Sequence record: ON529857.1
Reading direction: 5' to 3' (one strand)
Length of the DNA stretch: 64,000 bases
Shown: one piece after another, positions 34,799 to 43,591 of the stretch
Layout of the letters: the number at the start of each line of letters is the position of its first letter
Position numbering within the stretch: the stretch's first letter is position 1
The notes under the pieces: model-generated
What the model was told of the DNA's origin: nothing
Database searches by the model: none
Seen by the model: only the letters and a program-made list of their open reading frames with translations
Translations under genes and position numbers: made by a program

Positions 34799-34968
34799 AA
34801 AGACGTAAGGTAGGCCGTCAGGGGTTTGAGCGACAAGGCATTGCGTTGTCTAATGCTCTACCAGCTGAGCTACCGCCGGCCGAAACCAACGAGCGGGAGT
34901 TGAACCCGCGACCACCAGATGAGAAGTAGTCCTTGCCTACGCCACCTGACGGCCTGCCTTACGTCTTT
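34799..34968 (-). ncRNA. Y-RNA-like unit with a YrlA-type tRNA-like domain
   Basis: Closing stem AAAGACGTAAGGCAGGCCGTCAGG/CCTGACGGCCTACCTTACGTCTTT; GTGGCGTAG..TACTTC; GCGGG-TTCAACT-CCCGC; D arm TAGCTCAGCTGGTAGAGC. Confidence 0.8.
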
Positions 34969-35091
34969 CCGTCGATCCCTGGCGGGATCATCCCGAAGTC
35001 CTATATGCCGCCGAGGTTCAGTCGATTCCGGAGTTGAGTGCCCTAGAGGTGGACATTTTACCGAAGTAGCCGAAACCTACGCCATCGACGG
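34969..35091 (-). ncRNA. Y-RNA-like unit without a tRNA-like domain
   Basis: Closing stem CCGTCGAT/ATCGACGG; ATGGCGTAG-GTTTCGG-CTACTTC motif. Confidence 0.6.
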
Positions 35092-35101
35092 CGAATAGGG
35101 C

Positions 35102-35185
35102 GTCCGGGATTAGGCGGAACCGAGAGCGGGGGCTAGGCCCCCAGACGTACCAAAAACGAAGAACTCGGTCCCTGTCGCCACGGAC
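35102..35185 (-). ncRNA. short Y-RNA-like unit (first transcribed)
   Basis: GTCCG/CGGAC ends; GTGGCGACAG; GGACCGAG/CTCGGTTCC stem; TTCTTC; 3' CTAATCC. Confidence 0.65.
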
Positions 35186-35191
35186 AATGCG

Positions 35192-35220
35192 CTTATGCCC
35201 GAGGCGGACTCTGCTGTCAA
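35192..35220 (-). promoter_or_regulatory. promoter of the Y-RNA array and rsr operon
   Basis: TTGACA-17-CATAAG ending 6 nt before the first unit. Confidence 0.75.
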
Positions 35221-35255
35221 CACGGCTGTCGGAAAAAGTTGCGATTTACGGCAAG

Positions 35256-35283
35256 AAAAAAGCCCCCGGCGAACCGGGGGCTT
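35256..35283 (-). terminator. terminator after the regulator gene
   Basis: AAGCCCCCGG-TTCG-CCGGGGGCT-TTTTT on the minus strand. Confidence 0.85.
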
Positions 35284-35307
35284 AGAACGTCAGTAAATCA
35301 AAGGGAT

Positions 35308-36123
35308 TTAGAGCGCCCCCATGGCGCCGACCACACGGCCGAGGATTTTGATCGACGTCGGGGCGACCTCCTCGTAGTGTCGCAGGTCGGCGTCGTAGAT
35401 GCGGATCATCTTGGAGCGCGGCGGCGTGGTCAACTGCGCCACCACCAGGGCGCCGTCGCGGGCGAAGGCGAACGCCGCCGCCGAAGCCGTCGGCACCTGA
35501 TCCTTTGCGACGAAGACCATATCGCCGGGTTTGGCCCGATCGCTGAAGTCGTCGACCATGATCAGCACCATGTCCGAACCCGGAACGGCGAAACGGTCTT
35601 CCATCCAGGCTTCGTCCAGCGACCAGGTTCCGACCGTTTGGAACGAGACGTCGCGCGCGGTCTTCTTGAGGGCGACTTCTGCGATCGTGCCGCGCGAGCC
35701 GATGCCGAAGGTCAGCCATTCGGGCGTGCATTTCAGCGCGGTCGCCAGGCTCTTGATCTTCTCCAGATCAGGCACGACGTCGCCGGTCTCATACATGCAG
35801 TAGCCGGAACGGGACAGCGTCTTCCAGGTGCCGCCGTTCTTGTTATAGAAGGTGACCTGGGACGACACATCATCCTGAGACAGGTTCAGCTCCAGCCGGC
35901 GGGCCACCAGGCGATCGCCCAAGGTGGTGGGGTTGTCGACGGTCACGGTGGTCGAGCCCTTGCGGTGCATCGGCGAGCGGGTCTTGACGTCTTGAACGTC
36001 CGGCACGGGGTCCGGCTTGACGCGGGTCTTGGCGGCGGGCGCCGCAGTCTTGCGGGCCTGAGTCTTGACGGCAGCCGGTTTGGCGGCCTTGGTCGAGCGT
36101 TCCTTAACGAGGGCTTGCCCCAT
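35308..36123 (-). CDS. XRE-family HTH regulator with a C-terminal S24-like domain (CI-like)
   Basis: LGDRLVARRLELNLSQDDV...YCMYETGDVVPDLEKIKSLATALKCTPEWLTFG; C-terminal KPGDMVFV. Confidence 0.8.
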   Translation of the reverse strand: MGQALVKERSTKAAKPAAVKTQARKTAAPAAKTRVKPDPVPDVQDVKTRSPMHRKGSTTVTVDNPTTLGDRLVARRLELNLSQDDVSSQVTFYNKNGGTWKTLSRSGYCMYETGDVVPDLEKIKSLATALKCTPEWLTFGIGSRGTIAEVALKKTARDVSFQTVGTWSLDEAWMEDRFAVPGSDMVLIMVDDFSDRAKPGDMVFVAKDQVPTASAAAFAFARDGALVVAQLTTPPRSKMIRIYDADLRHYEEVAPTSIKILGRVVGAMGAL

Positions 36124-36429
36124 GATGTTACTCCTCTCTTTCTGTGACCGGCCTCCCGGTCAACGGCGCCATGTCGTCACGGATAACCGTGAATGACAGG
36201 ATTGGTTGCAAGAGATGTAGAGTTTTCCGCGAACCCTTGCAACCTGAAAATTGGAAAACGGCCCATTTCGCAAGGGTTTGAGGGGGTTGTGAAGTTTACA
36301 CATGCGTAAAGAAAATCCCGTCAGAAACCGCTAAGTCTCTGACGGGATTGGTATTTCAGGTTCGGATTTCAGTGAGTGACAGAACTTCTGGCACCCACAT
36401 TCAAATCGAAAATTCTTGACTCGGTCGAA

Positions 36430-37065
36430 TCATCCGACGCCGGTGGAGCCGAATCCGCCGACCCCGCGCTGGGTGGCGCTCAGCGTCTTAACGGACACCC
36501 AGCGCCCCTGAACCACAGGCGAAACGACCGCCTGGGCGATGCGATCGCCGCGCTCGACCAGGAAAGGCTCGGCGCCGGCATTGTGCAAGATCACCTTGAT
36601 TTCGCCGCGATAATCCGCGTCGATCGTCCCAGGGGCGTTCATCACGAAGACACTCCGCTTCGCCGCCAGTCCCGAACGCGAGCGCACCTGAAGTTCGTAG
36701 CCCGCTGGGACAGCGACGTTGAATCCGGTCGGCACCAGGGCGGCGCGCCCCGGTTCGATCAGGATCGTCGTATCAAGCGCCGCGCGCAGGTCCATGCCGG
36801 CGGCCTGCTCGGACTCGTAGGCCGGCATAGGCAGGCCTTCGCCGTGCGGCAAGGTGACGTATTCGATCGGCACGGCGTTCTCGATGCCGTGGAGAAACTG
36901 ACGGGCTTCCGAAAACGACAGCCTGACACCGGACGGCATGTCCACGCCTTCGAAGGTATTGAAAGCGACCTGGACATTCTCGAAACCGGCCGCCGAGAAC
37001 AGCCGACGCAATGCGTCGGCCGCCTCATGCTGGGTGGCGCGGGAGTAGTGGATGAGGACCGACAT
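36430..37065 (-). CDS. dut: dUTPase with an N-terminal extension
   Basis: AAGMDL, QVRSRSGLA, NAPGTIDADYRGE, RIAQAV, RGVGGFGSTG. Confidence 0.95.
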   Translation of the reverse strand: MSVLIHYSRATQHEAADALRRLFSAAGFENVQVAFNTFEGVDMPSGVRLSFSEARQFLHGIENAVPIEYVTLPHGEGLPMPAYESEQAAGMDLRAALDTTILIEPGRAALVPTGFNVAVPAGYELQVRSRSGLAAKRSVFVMNAPGTIDADYRGEIKVILHNAGAEPFLVERGDRIAQAVVSPVVQGRWVSVKTLSATQRGVGGFGSTGVG

Positions 37066-38393
37066 CAGACCTTTTCCTGCTCCAGGACGTCGCGCAGATC
37101 ACTGGCGCCGCCGATGAAGGTCGCCTCACGGAAGAACGAGTCTTCACCGGGATAGACGTCGTCGGAGACGGCCGAGTCCTCGAACACCAGGGGGAAGGTG
37201 CGCCAGCCCGGCTTGGCGGCTTCCTTCAGGCGCTTACGCTCCTCAGCGTCTTCGACCAGGAGGAACTCCACCTTGTGATCGGAGCCCAGCAACATCGCCT
37301 TGGCCTCTTCGCAGTAGGGGCAGTTCGGCATGGTGAAGACGACGAACGACTTGACCGGCTTCGCCAGCTCCTTGACGATCTTGCCGGCGCCGCCCTCGAC
37401 CAGAAGCGGGCCGCGCTTCAGGAAGGCGAAGGCGTTGTCCCAACCTTGGGTCTCGCCCTTGCCGTAGTCGGTCGAACGCTGCTCGAAGAAGTTGGTGTGG
37501 GTCGGCGCGTTCATGATCCAGTCGAGCCAGTCGAACGGATTGTCCCGCACGCCGTAGTTCGGCTTCAGGCCCAACTGAAGCAGACGGCGGTCGGCGATGT
37601 AACGGATGTATTGTTTGGCCGATTCCGGCGTCACGCCTTCGACCGGGCCAAGGGAGAAGGCCTGGTCGATGAAGGCGTCTTCCAGGTCCACCATCGAGCG
37701 GCAGGCGTCATAGATGCGGCGCTTGGTCTCGTCGTTCCAGATGCGCGGATGCTCCTTGATCAGCTCATGGAACAGCTTGATCATGGATTCGACGTGGTGC
37801 GACTCGTCACGGATCGACCATTCGATGATGGTGGTCATGCCCTTCATCAGGCGCCGGCGCTGGAAGCTCATCAGCAGGGCGAAAGACGAGAACAACTGCA
37901 TGCCTTCGCCGAAGGCCGAGAAGACCGCGATGTCGACCGCCAGATCAGCGATACCCTTGCCGCTCTCGCGCTCGAACATGTATTCGTGCTTTTCGCGCAT
38001 GGCGGCGTAGGACTGGAACGCCTTGAACTCGATCTCGGGCAGGCCCAGGGTGTCGATCAAGGTGGCGTAGGCGTCGATGTGGTTGGCCTCGGCCGCGATG
38101 AAGCTGCCGATCATCATCCGCAGCTCAGGATGCTGGAACCGAAGCGCGTATTTCTCGAAGTAACCGCGCGCCACGTCGACGTCGGCTTGAGTGAAGAATC
38201 TGAAGAGCTGAGTAAGCAGAGACTTCTCATTCTCCGTCAACTTAGTCTTCCAATCCTTGATGTCTTCAGCCATCGGCGCTTCATGCGGCAGCCAATGCAG
38301 GGATTGCATGACCTTATAGGCCTGATAGGCCCACGGATACACGAACGGCTTGTAGTAATCGCGAGGTTCGAGCAGGGAAGGAGTGGCGGACAT
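37065..38393 (-). CDS. nrdB: class I ribonucleotide reductase beta subunit fused to a C-terminal glutaredoxin
   Basis: FFTQADVDV, EANHIDAY, FGEGMQLFSSF, RDESHH, NFFEQR; C-terminal FTMPNCPYCEEAK...WRTFPLVF. Confidence 0.93.
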   Translation of the reverse strand: MSATPSLLEPRDYYKPFVYPWAYQAYKVMQSLHWLPHEAPMAEDIKDWKTKLTENEKSLLTQLFRFFTQADVDVARGYFEKYALRFQHPELRMMIGSFIAAEANHIDAYATLIDTLGLPEIEFKAFQSYAAMREKHEYMFERESGKGIADLAVDIAVFSAFGEGMQLFSSFALLMSFQRRRLMKGMTTIIEWSIRDESHHVESMIKLFHELIKEHPRIWNDETKRRIYDACRSMVDLEDAFIDQAFSLGPVEGVTPESAKQYIRYIADRRLLQLGLKPNYGVRDNPFDWLDWIMNAPTHTNFFEQRSTDYGKGETQGWDNAFAFLKRGPLLVEGGAGKIVKELAKPVKSFVVFTMPNCPYCEEAKAMLLGSDHKVEFLLVEDAEERKRLKEAAKPGWRTFPLVFEDSAVSDDVYPGEDSFFREATFIGGASDLRDVLEQEKV

Positions 38394-38395
38394 TC

Positions 38396-38989
38396 TTACA
38401 GCGTCTCAGTATTCATAGGATTCAGTGGAAGAGGTTCAGGAGCTTGATTGCCCCACAGCGCCCAGCCAGGGCGGGCGCGCCTCGCGAACAGTTCGATCTT
38501 GCTCGCCTCGGGGTAGAGGTCTTCGATGCGTGCATGGATGTCGTCGGGCTTGCGGGAGTGCTCGGCGCGCGGCGCAAAGACGGTCTGAACCACCTTTTCG
38601 CTCGCCAGCTTCATCGGCCGCCCCTTGGCGACCGGACTGGCGACCAGCACCAGTTCGGTCAGGGGCTTGATGATGGACGGGCGAACCCCCTGGGCGCCGA
38701 TCGGGCTGCCGTCGGTGCGGGTCTTGACCCAGACGAAGGCGATGCCGCGATAGTGGAGGCCCCAGGCGCGCAGGCAGTCGATGGCGAAATCCATGCGGGG
38801 CGAAGTGACCCACACGAACAACACGCCCCGATCGGTAAGCAGCTGGCGCATGGGAAACGCCAGCAACTCCTCATCGGTCATGGTCGGGTAGTGATTCGCC
38901 GCCGCGCCCATCTTGTCCTGCTGCCCGTAATAGGCCCACGGCGGGTCGGCGAGGACCACGTCGTAGGCCTGTTCCGGCAGGGGGATCAT
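38396..38989 (-). CDS. MT-A70-family adenine methyltransferase
   Basis: YDVVLADPPW, LFVWVT, WGLHY..FVWVK, EHSRKP, KIELFARR..GWALWGNQ. Confidence 0.92.
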   Translation of the reverse strand: MIPLPEQAYDVVLADPPWAYYGQQDKMGAAANHYPTMTDEELLAFPMRQLLTDRGVLFVWVTSPRMDFAIDCLRAWGLHYRGIAFVWVKTRTDGSPIGAQGVRPSIIKPLTELVLVASPVAKGRPMKLASEKVVQTVFAPRAEHSRKPDDIHARIEDLYPEASKIELFARRARPGWALWGNQAPEPLPLNPMNTETL

Positions 38990-38993
38990 CCGA

Positions 38994-41825
38994 TCAGCCC
39001 TCGCAGGCGACGCAGGTGCTGTCGTCCATCGGGTTGGCGCTCAGCCCGTTCGACGGCAGAACCGGCTTCTCCTCCATCGCGCGACGCTCCACCTTATCGT
39101 TGGTGTTTTCAGCGCGGCGCGGCGTGGTGGAGCGGAAGTAGTAGAGGCTCTTGAGCGGCTGCCCCTCTCCTTCCGGGTCCCAGGCCAGGTAGTGGACTTC
39201 CGACATGTATCCGGCGTCGGCGTCATGCGGGAAGGCCAGGTTGATCGACTGGGCCTGATCGATTTCGACCTGACGGTCGCGGGCGTGCTGCACCACCCAA
39301 CGCATGTCCAGTTCCGTGAAGGTCTTGAACACGCGGCACAGGTGTTCCCAATCATCCGCGTCCACCTCGACGTCGCCGATGACATAGACCGGCGTCTTAC
39401 CGGCGACCTCCACCTTCATGCCCAGGTTCTGAACCGAACCTTCGTCGGCGACGATGGCCTTCCACACCTCGGGGGTGTCCAGGTTCCGCTTCGCCAGCTC
39501 ACGCACCAGATAGGGGTTCTTGACCGGGAAGGAGCCCGACAAGGTCTTCTGGAGGTAGGCGTTGGCGCGCCACGGCTCGACCGACGGCGAGGTATTGCCG
39601 CACAGGATTGACGAAGAGGCGTTCGGGGCGATCGCCAACTTATGAGCGAACCGTTCCCCGGTCCCCGCCATGTCAGGGGCTTCGCCCCGCTCGGCGCCCA
39701 ACGCCAGGGAGGCGGCGTCGGCGTCGGCGCGGATGTGGCGGAAGATCATCTTGTTGATCTCGCGCGCCTCATTCGATTCAAAGGCGACCATCTGCTTTTG
39801 CAGCAGGGCGTGGAAGCCCAGCAGGCCCAGACCGATCGAGCGTTCCTGGGTCGCGGAGTAGACGGCATAGGCCAGCTCCGCCGGAGCGTTTTCGATGAAG
39901 GTCGTCAGGCAGTTGTCCAGCATGCGCATCAGGTCCGGAATGAATTCCGGCACTTCGCACCATTCAGGGAACTTCTCGCCGTTGACCGACGACAGGCAGC
40001 ACACGGCGGTGCGCTTCTTGTTCTGATCGTCACGCCCCGTCGCCAGGGTGATCTCGGTGCAGTTCCCCGTCAGGACGCCGTTGAACACGCCGCGATGGCG
40101 CTTGTCCTCGGTGAAGCAATAGGTGTCGCTCTTGCGCGGCAGCGGATGGACGTCAGCGACCTGCATCAGCGGGGTGAAGTGCCCGACGCCCTCGATGTCG
40201 CTGAGGCGCGCCTTATGACGCAGCAGGTATCCCCGGTCCGCCAGCTTCTTGACGTCATAGACGTTCAGCATGAATCCGCAGCCGGTGTCGGTGATGCGGA
40301 TGCGCGGATTGAGTCCTGCTTCCAGCGCCGCCAGCCGCATCTCGCGCACCAGGCTCGGGTCTTGCGAGGCGATCGACAGATAGCCGTGCTTGTCGAAGAA
40401 GCCGTTGCCTTCCACCTCGACCCACTCCGACGCCGCATCCAGGGCGCCGGCGAACCAGGCCAGACGCGAATGCTGACGCCAACGCAGCGGCGGGCGACCC
40501 GTCGGCACGCTGAGCGGCTCGTAACGGATATAGACGCCTTCGGCCACGGTGTCGTAGCTCGGGTCCACCGAATGACGCATCAGACGACGCACCAGATCAG
40601 GATCGCCCTCATTGACGAAGACCGTCAGACGGTTGGCGTCTTCGAACCCGGCGAAGGTCGCAAAGCCGGCGGTGTAGGCCAGGTCATCCTCGTACTCAGC
40701 GTCGTCCTTCAGCTCGACGACCGGATGGGACACCGGCTCCAGACGCACGCCCGCCGTCAAGGCCCCCGCACGATGCTCCGCACCGTCGGCGTCGTAGAAC
40801 TTGTGATAGGGCGTGCAGTCCAGATAGGAGCCGTCTTCGAACCAGACGCGCACCAGCTCTTGATCCTCGCCGGTCTTCTCGATCGTGACCTGGCTCCACT
40901 CCTGGCCGTTCCACACCTCGACCTGACGCCCTTCCAGAGCGCCGATCGGCATGTAGCCGTTGCGCGTCAGCACTTCCGTCTCGGGCGCCACGCACAGGTT
41001 CGATTGACGCACCTTCAGGCCCTTGGCCTTCTGGGCCTCGGGCAGGTGACGGTTGGCCTCGTCGACGAAGAAGAAATAAGGCTCGCCGGTCTGCTTGCGC
41101 GTCTCCAGCGCCAGGCGCCACAGTTCACGCGCGTTCAGCGTCTCCGTGACCGCCTTGGTCTTCGGATCGATCAGGTCGAACGACGTATCGTCGCGCACCG
41201 CCCGCATGAACTTGTCGGTGATGCACAGGGCGTTGTGCAGGTTGGTGAACTTGCGGTTCTCGTCGCCGCCGGTCGGTTTGCGGCCGGTGATGAACTCCAC
41301 CACTTCAGGGTGATCGACGTCGAGATAGGCGGCGTAGGAGCCACGACGGGTTCCGCCCTGGCTGACCGACAGGATCAGGCGGTCCACGGTCGCGATGAAC
41401 GGGACGACACCGGTCGAAGCCGAGCCGCGACTGGTCTTGGCGCCGTTCGAGCGCAGGTCGCCCCAATAGCCGCCCACGCCGCCGCCGACCGACGACAGCC
41501 AGCCGGTTTCGGCCCAGTGATCGAAGATGCCTTCACGACTGTCTTCGGCGGTGGTCAAAAAGCAGGAGATCGGCAGGCCGCGATCCGTGCCGCCATTCGA
41601 CAGCAGGGGCGTGGCGAACATGAACCAGCCCTTCGAGACATAGTCGTAGAGGCGCTGGGCGTGCTCGGCGTCGTCGGCGAAAGCCGCCGAGGCGCGGGCG
41701 AAGGCATGCTGGGGCGAGGTTTCGCCCGGAACCAGGTAGCGATCGCGGAAAGTCTGGAGGGTGAACTCATCGAAAACCTCGTCCCGAGTGAGATTGAGAC
41801 GAATGGATGAGGCATCGACGCGCAT
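38994..41825 (-). CDS. nrdA: class I ribonucleotide reductase alpha subunit containing an intein
   Basis: FATPLLSNGG, PISCF, SQGGTRRGSYAAY, QSNL-C(intein)TEI, VCCLSS, AIAPNASSS, QAQSINL, SLYYFRS. Confidence 0.95.
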   Translation of the reverse strand: MRVDASSIRLNLTRDEVFDEFTLQTFRDRYLVPGETSPQHAFARASAAFADDAEHAQRLYDYVSKGWFMFATPLLSNGGTDRGLPISCFLTTAEDSREGIFDHWAETGWLSSVGGGVGGYWGDLRSNGAKTSRGSASTGVVPFIATVDRLILSVSQGGTRRGSYAAYLDVDHPEVVEFITGRKPTGGDENRKFTNLHNALCITDKFMRAVRDDTSFDLIDPKTKAVTETLNARELWRLALETRKQTGEPYFFFVDEANRHLPEAQKAKGLKVRQSNLCVAPETEVLTRNGYMPIGALEGRQVEVWNGQEWSQVTIEKTGEDQELVRVWFEDGSYLDCTPYHKFYDADGAEHRAGALTAGVRLEPVSHPVVELKDDAEYEDDLAYTAGFATFAGFEDANRLTVFVNEGDPDLVRRLMRHSVDPSYDTVAEGVYIRYEPLSVPTGRPPLRWRQHSRLAWFAGALDAASEWVEVEGNGFFDKHGYLSIASQDPSLVREMRLAALEAGLNPRIRITDTGCGFMLNVYDVKKLADRGYLLRHKARLSDIEGVGHFTPLMQVADVHPLPRKSDTYCFTEDKRHRGVFNGVLTGNCTEITLATGRDDQNKKRTAVCCLSSVNGEKFPEWCEVPEFIPDLMRMLDNCLTTFIENAPAELAYAVYSATQERSIGLGLLGFHALLQKQMVAFESNEAREINKMIFRHIRADADAASLALGAERGEAPDMAGTGERFAHKLAIAPNASSSILCGNTSPSVEPWRANAYLQKTLSGSFPVKNPYLVRELAKRNLDTPEVWKAIVADEGSVQNLGMKVEVAGKTPVYVIGDVEVDADDWEHLCRVFKTFTELDMRWVVQHARDRQVEIDQAQSINLAFPHDADAGYMSEVHYLAWDPEGEGQPLKSLYYFRSTTPRRAENTNDKVERRAMEEKPVLPSNGLSANPMDDSTCVACEG
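40062..40994 (-). mobile_element. intein (311 aa) in NrdA with degenerate LAGLIDADG-like blocks
   Basis: Begins CVAPETEVLTRNG and ends HRGVFNGVLTGN before the active-site Cys; internal LAYTAGF and LAWFAGALDA. Confidence 0.92.
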
Positions 41826-41911
41826 AGTCAAACGGTGTCCGTGAAAAAGGCTCTGCCCAGCAAAAACCGCTGTCAAAACAGAGCCTTAGAGGTATTGAGA
41901 AAGGGTTGTCA

Positions 41912-41951
41912 CTGTAACTAAATCAGGCGCGAACGTCAAGAATTACAACAG
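41912..41951 (-). promoter_or_regulatory. promoter of the nrdA-dut operon with an upstream 17-bp motif
   Basis: TTGACG-17-TACAGT; TGTTGTAATTCTTGACG is repeated identically at 57180-57196. Confidence 0.6.
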
Positions 41952-42000
41952 TCAATGTTGAAGATTGATTCCTTGACATCCGCCCTGAAAATTATGTGAC

Positions 42001-42246
42001 TCAACGCTCGTCGGGGAACTTCAGGTTGGCGGCCTTCAGGATGTCTCTGACATTGCAGAGCTTTCCATCCAGGGTGAACCCCAGCTTGGTCTCTTTCATG
42101 CGCGGCCCGAGAATGGCCTGAGCCTGCTCCATCAGCGGCGGCGGATCGTCGAAGGGGACGACCGGATGGTTGTCTTCGCGGGGGAGACGGAACTTGAGGT
42201 TCGGGTTTTTACCGTCGGCGTCCGCCGCTTGGGGTTTACGGGCCAC
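42001..42246 (-). CDS. hypothetical protein
   Basis: 81 aa; coupled to the upstream stop. Confidence 0.65.
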   Translation of the reverse strand: MARKPQAADADGKNPNLKFRLPREDNHPVVPFDDPPPLMEQAQAILGPRMKETKLGFTLDGKLCNVRDILKAANLKFPDER

Positions 42247-42381
42247 TCAGAAGGCCTCCAGATAGGCAGGAGCTGTGACAGGCGCGCCGCCGCCGCACTG
42301 CATCAGCAGCAGGCCGGCGCCCATGAGGATCGCCAGAAGCGCCAATCGGCGGCGAGGCGGGGTCGAATAGGTCGAGACCAT
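42247..42381 (-). CDS. small membrane or lipoprotein-like peptide (44 aa), absent from the ORF track
   Basis: GAGGGG RBS; MVSTYSTPPRRRLALLAILMGAGLLLMQCGGG...; fills the gap exactly. Confidence 0.6.
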   Translation of the reverse strand: MVSTYSTPPRRRLALLAILMGAGLLLMQCGGGAPVTAPAYLEAF

Positions 42382-42382
42382 C

Positions 42383-42760
42383 TCAGGCACCCCTCACACG
42401 GTCGGGATAGGCAGACGTCTGCCCCGACGCACACACCTTGAGGATGCGGTGCGGCGGATAATGCGTCAGCACGCCGTCGCGCACCGAGCGATAACCGGTC
42501 GAGACGATCGCTGAGACGTGCTCACGCACCTTCTCTCCAGCCACGACGTCGTATTCAAAGACGACGCCGTTATCGAGGTAGACCGAAATCACGACGGTCG
42601 TGACCGCCGGCTGGGCGACAGACGTCGTGTCCTTGAGAGTCAGAGGCGGCTGAACCCAAGGGGCGCCGCCGCCGATATTCGGGTAACCGCCTCCGCCCAG
42701 ATAGGGCGGCCAGCCGTGCCAGAGCGCACCCGTCGTTTCGTAACGACAGTGGCTCATCAT
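42383..42760 (-). CDS. hypothetical protein
   Basis: 125 aa; conserved-looking VFEYDV...KVREHVSAIVSTGYR. Confidence 0.7.
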   Translation of the reverse strand: MMSHCRYETTGALWHGWPPYLGGGGYPNIGGGAPWVQPPLTLKDTTSVAQPAVTTVVISVYLDNGVVFEYDVVAGEKVREHVSAIVSTGYRSVRDGVLTHYPPHRILKVCASGQTSAYPDRVRGA

Positions 42761-43152
42761 TCGGCGGCCTTTTCTTCGGCGATGTCGGCGAAGGCGCCGG
42801 CGAGCGCTTCATTGCCGGCCGCCACAGCGGCGTCGACGTCTTCACCAGCGTCGATCTGGGCGTTGACGTTGCGCAGGGTCTCGCTGACCAGGCTCATGGC
42901 TTCGATCAGGGCCGGATGTTCGCCGCGCACCAGGGTGTTCAGCGCCAGGGCGACGACGTCGACGATGGACAGAGGATGCGACTTGCCCGGATCGAGCGCT
43001 TCCATGCGGGCGCCATGCAGGCCCATGTTGACGGTGAAGCCGCCGTTCTCGCCTTCGGTGAAGGAGATGATGGACGTGGGGCGGTCAGGCAGGGTCACGG
43101 CGCTGCGGGCCGCCTTACGACGTTCGATACGCGATTTGGACGCGGTGGTCAT
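42757..43152 (-). CDS. hypothetical protein
   Basis: 131 aa; operonic. Confidence 0.7.
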   Translation of the reverse strand: MTTASKSRIERRKAARSAVTLPDRPTSIISFTEGENGGFTVNMGLHGARMEALDPGKSHPLSIVDVVALALNTLVRGEHPALIEAMSLVSETLRNVNAQIDAGEDVDAAVAAGNEALAGAFADIAEEKAAE

Positions 43153-43176
43153 GGGTGTTTACTCGTGATGCGCCGG

Positions 43177-43473
43177 TCAGCTCTGAGTCTGATCCAGCAA
43201 GGTGGTGATGCGATTGCAGGCGTCGATTTCGGAGATCGGCCCCGTCTTGAGCAGCTCATCCATCCGGCGGCTGATGGTGCCGTCTTCATCCAGCGTCATG
43301 ACCGCCAGGATGAAGAGTCCCGCCAGAGAAACGGTTTTACGGATTTCCGGTTTTTGCGGCAGGTCGACGATCAACTCGACGTCTTCAGCGCCGTCAGCGC
43401 CTATGTCGTAGGCCTGCAAGGCGAACCGACGAAGCAGCTCAGGATCAAACGTCAGTTCGGTCGGGGAAGGCAT
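43177..43473 (-). CDS. hypothetical protein
   Basis: GGAG RBS before ATG 43473. Confidence 0.6.
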   Translation of the reverse strand: MPSPTELTFDPELLRRFALQAYDIGADGAEDVELIVDLPQKPEIRKTVSLAGLFILAVMTLDEDGTISRRMDELLKTGPISEIDACNRITTLLDQTQS

Positions 43474-43591
43474 AATGCGGCTCCGAAGGGATTGCCGTGA
43501 ACTTTGACAATCAGTGTCATGGAAACTGTTAGAGGTCAACCGAAAAATCGAAAAAGTCTAACAGTTTCCGTAACATAACCTGAGGTTACGA

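Noticed and set aside
34380-34910. Ordinary tRNA genes or pseudogenes suggested by the T-loop and D-loop motifs
   Set aside because: Arm order is permuted (T arm before D arm), with no anticodon loop and no CCA end
34342-35185. CRISPR array interpretation of the repeated units
   Set aside because: The repeats are short degenerate motifs embedded in individually folded units with tRNA-like arms, not identical 23-50 bp direct repeats with unique spacers; no cas operon is nearby
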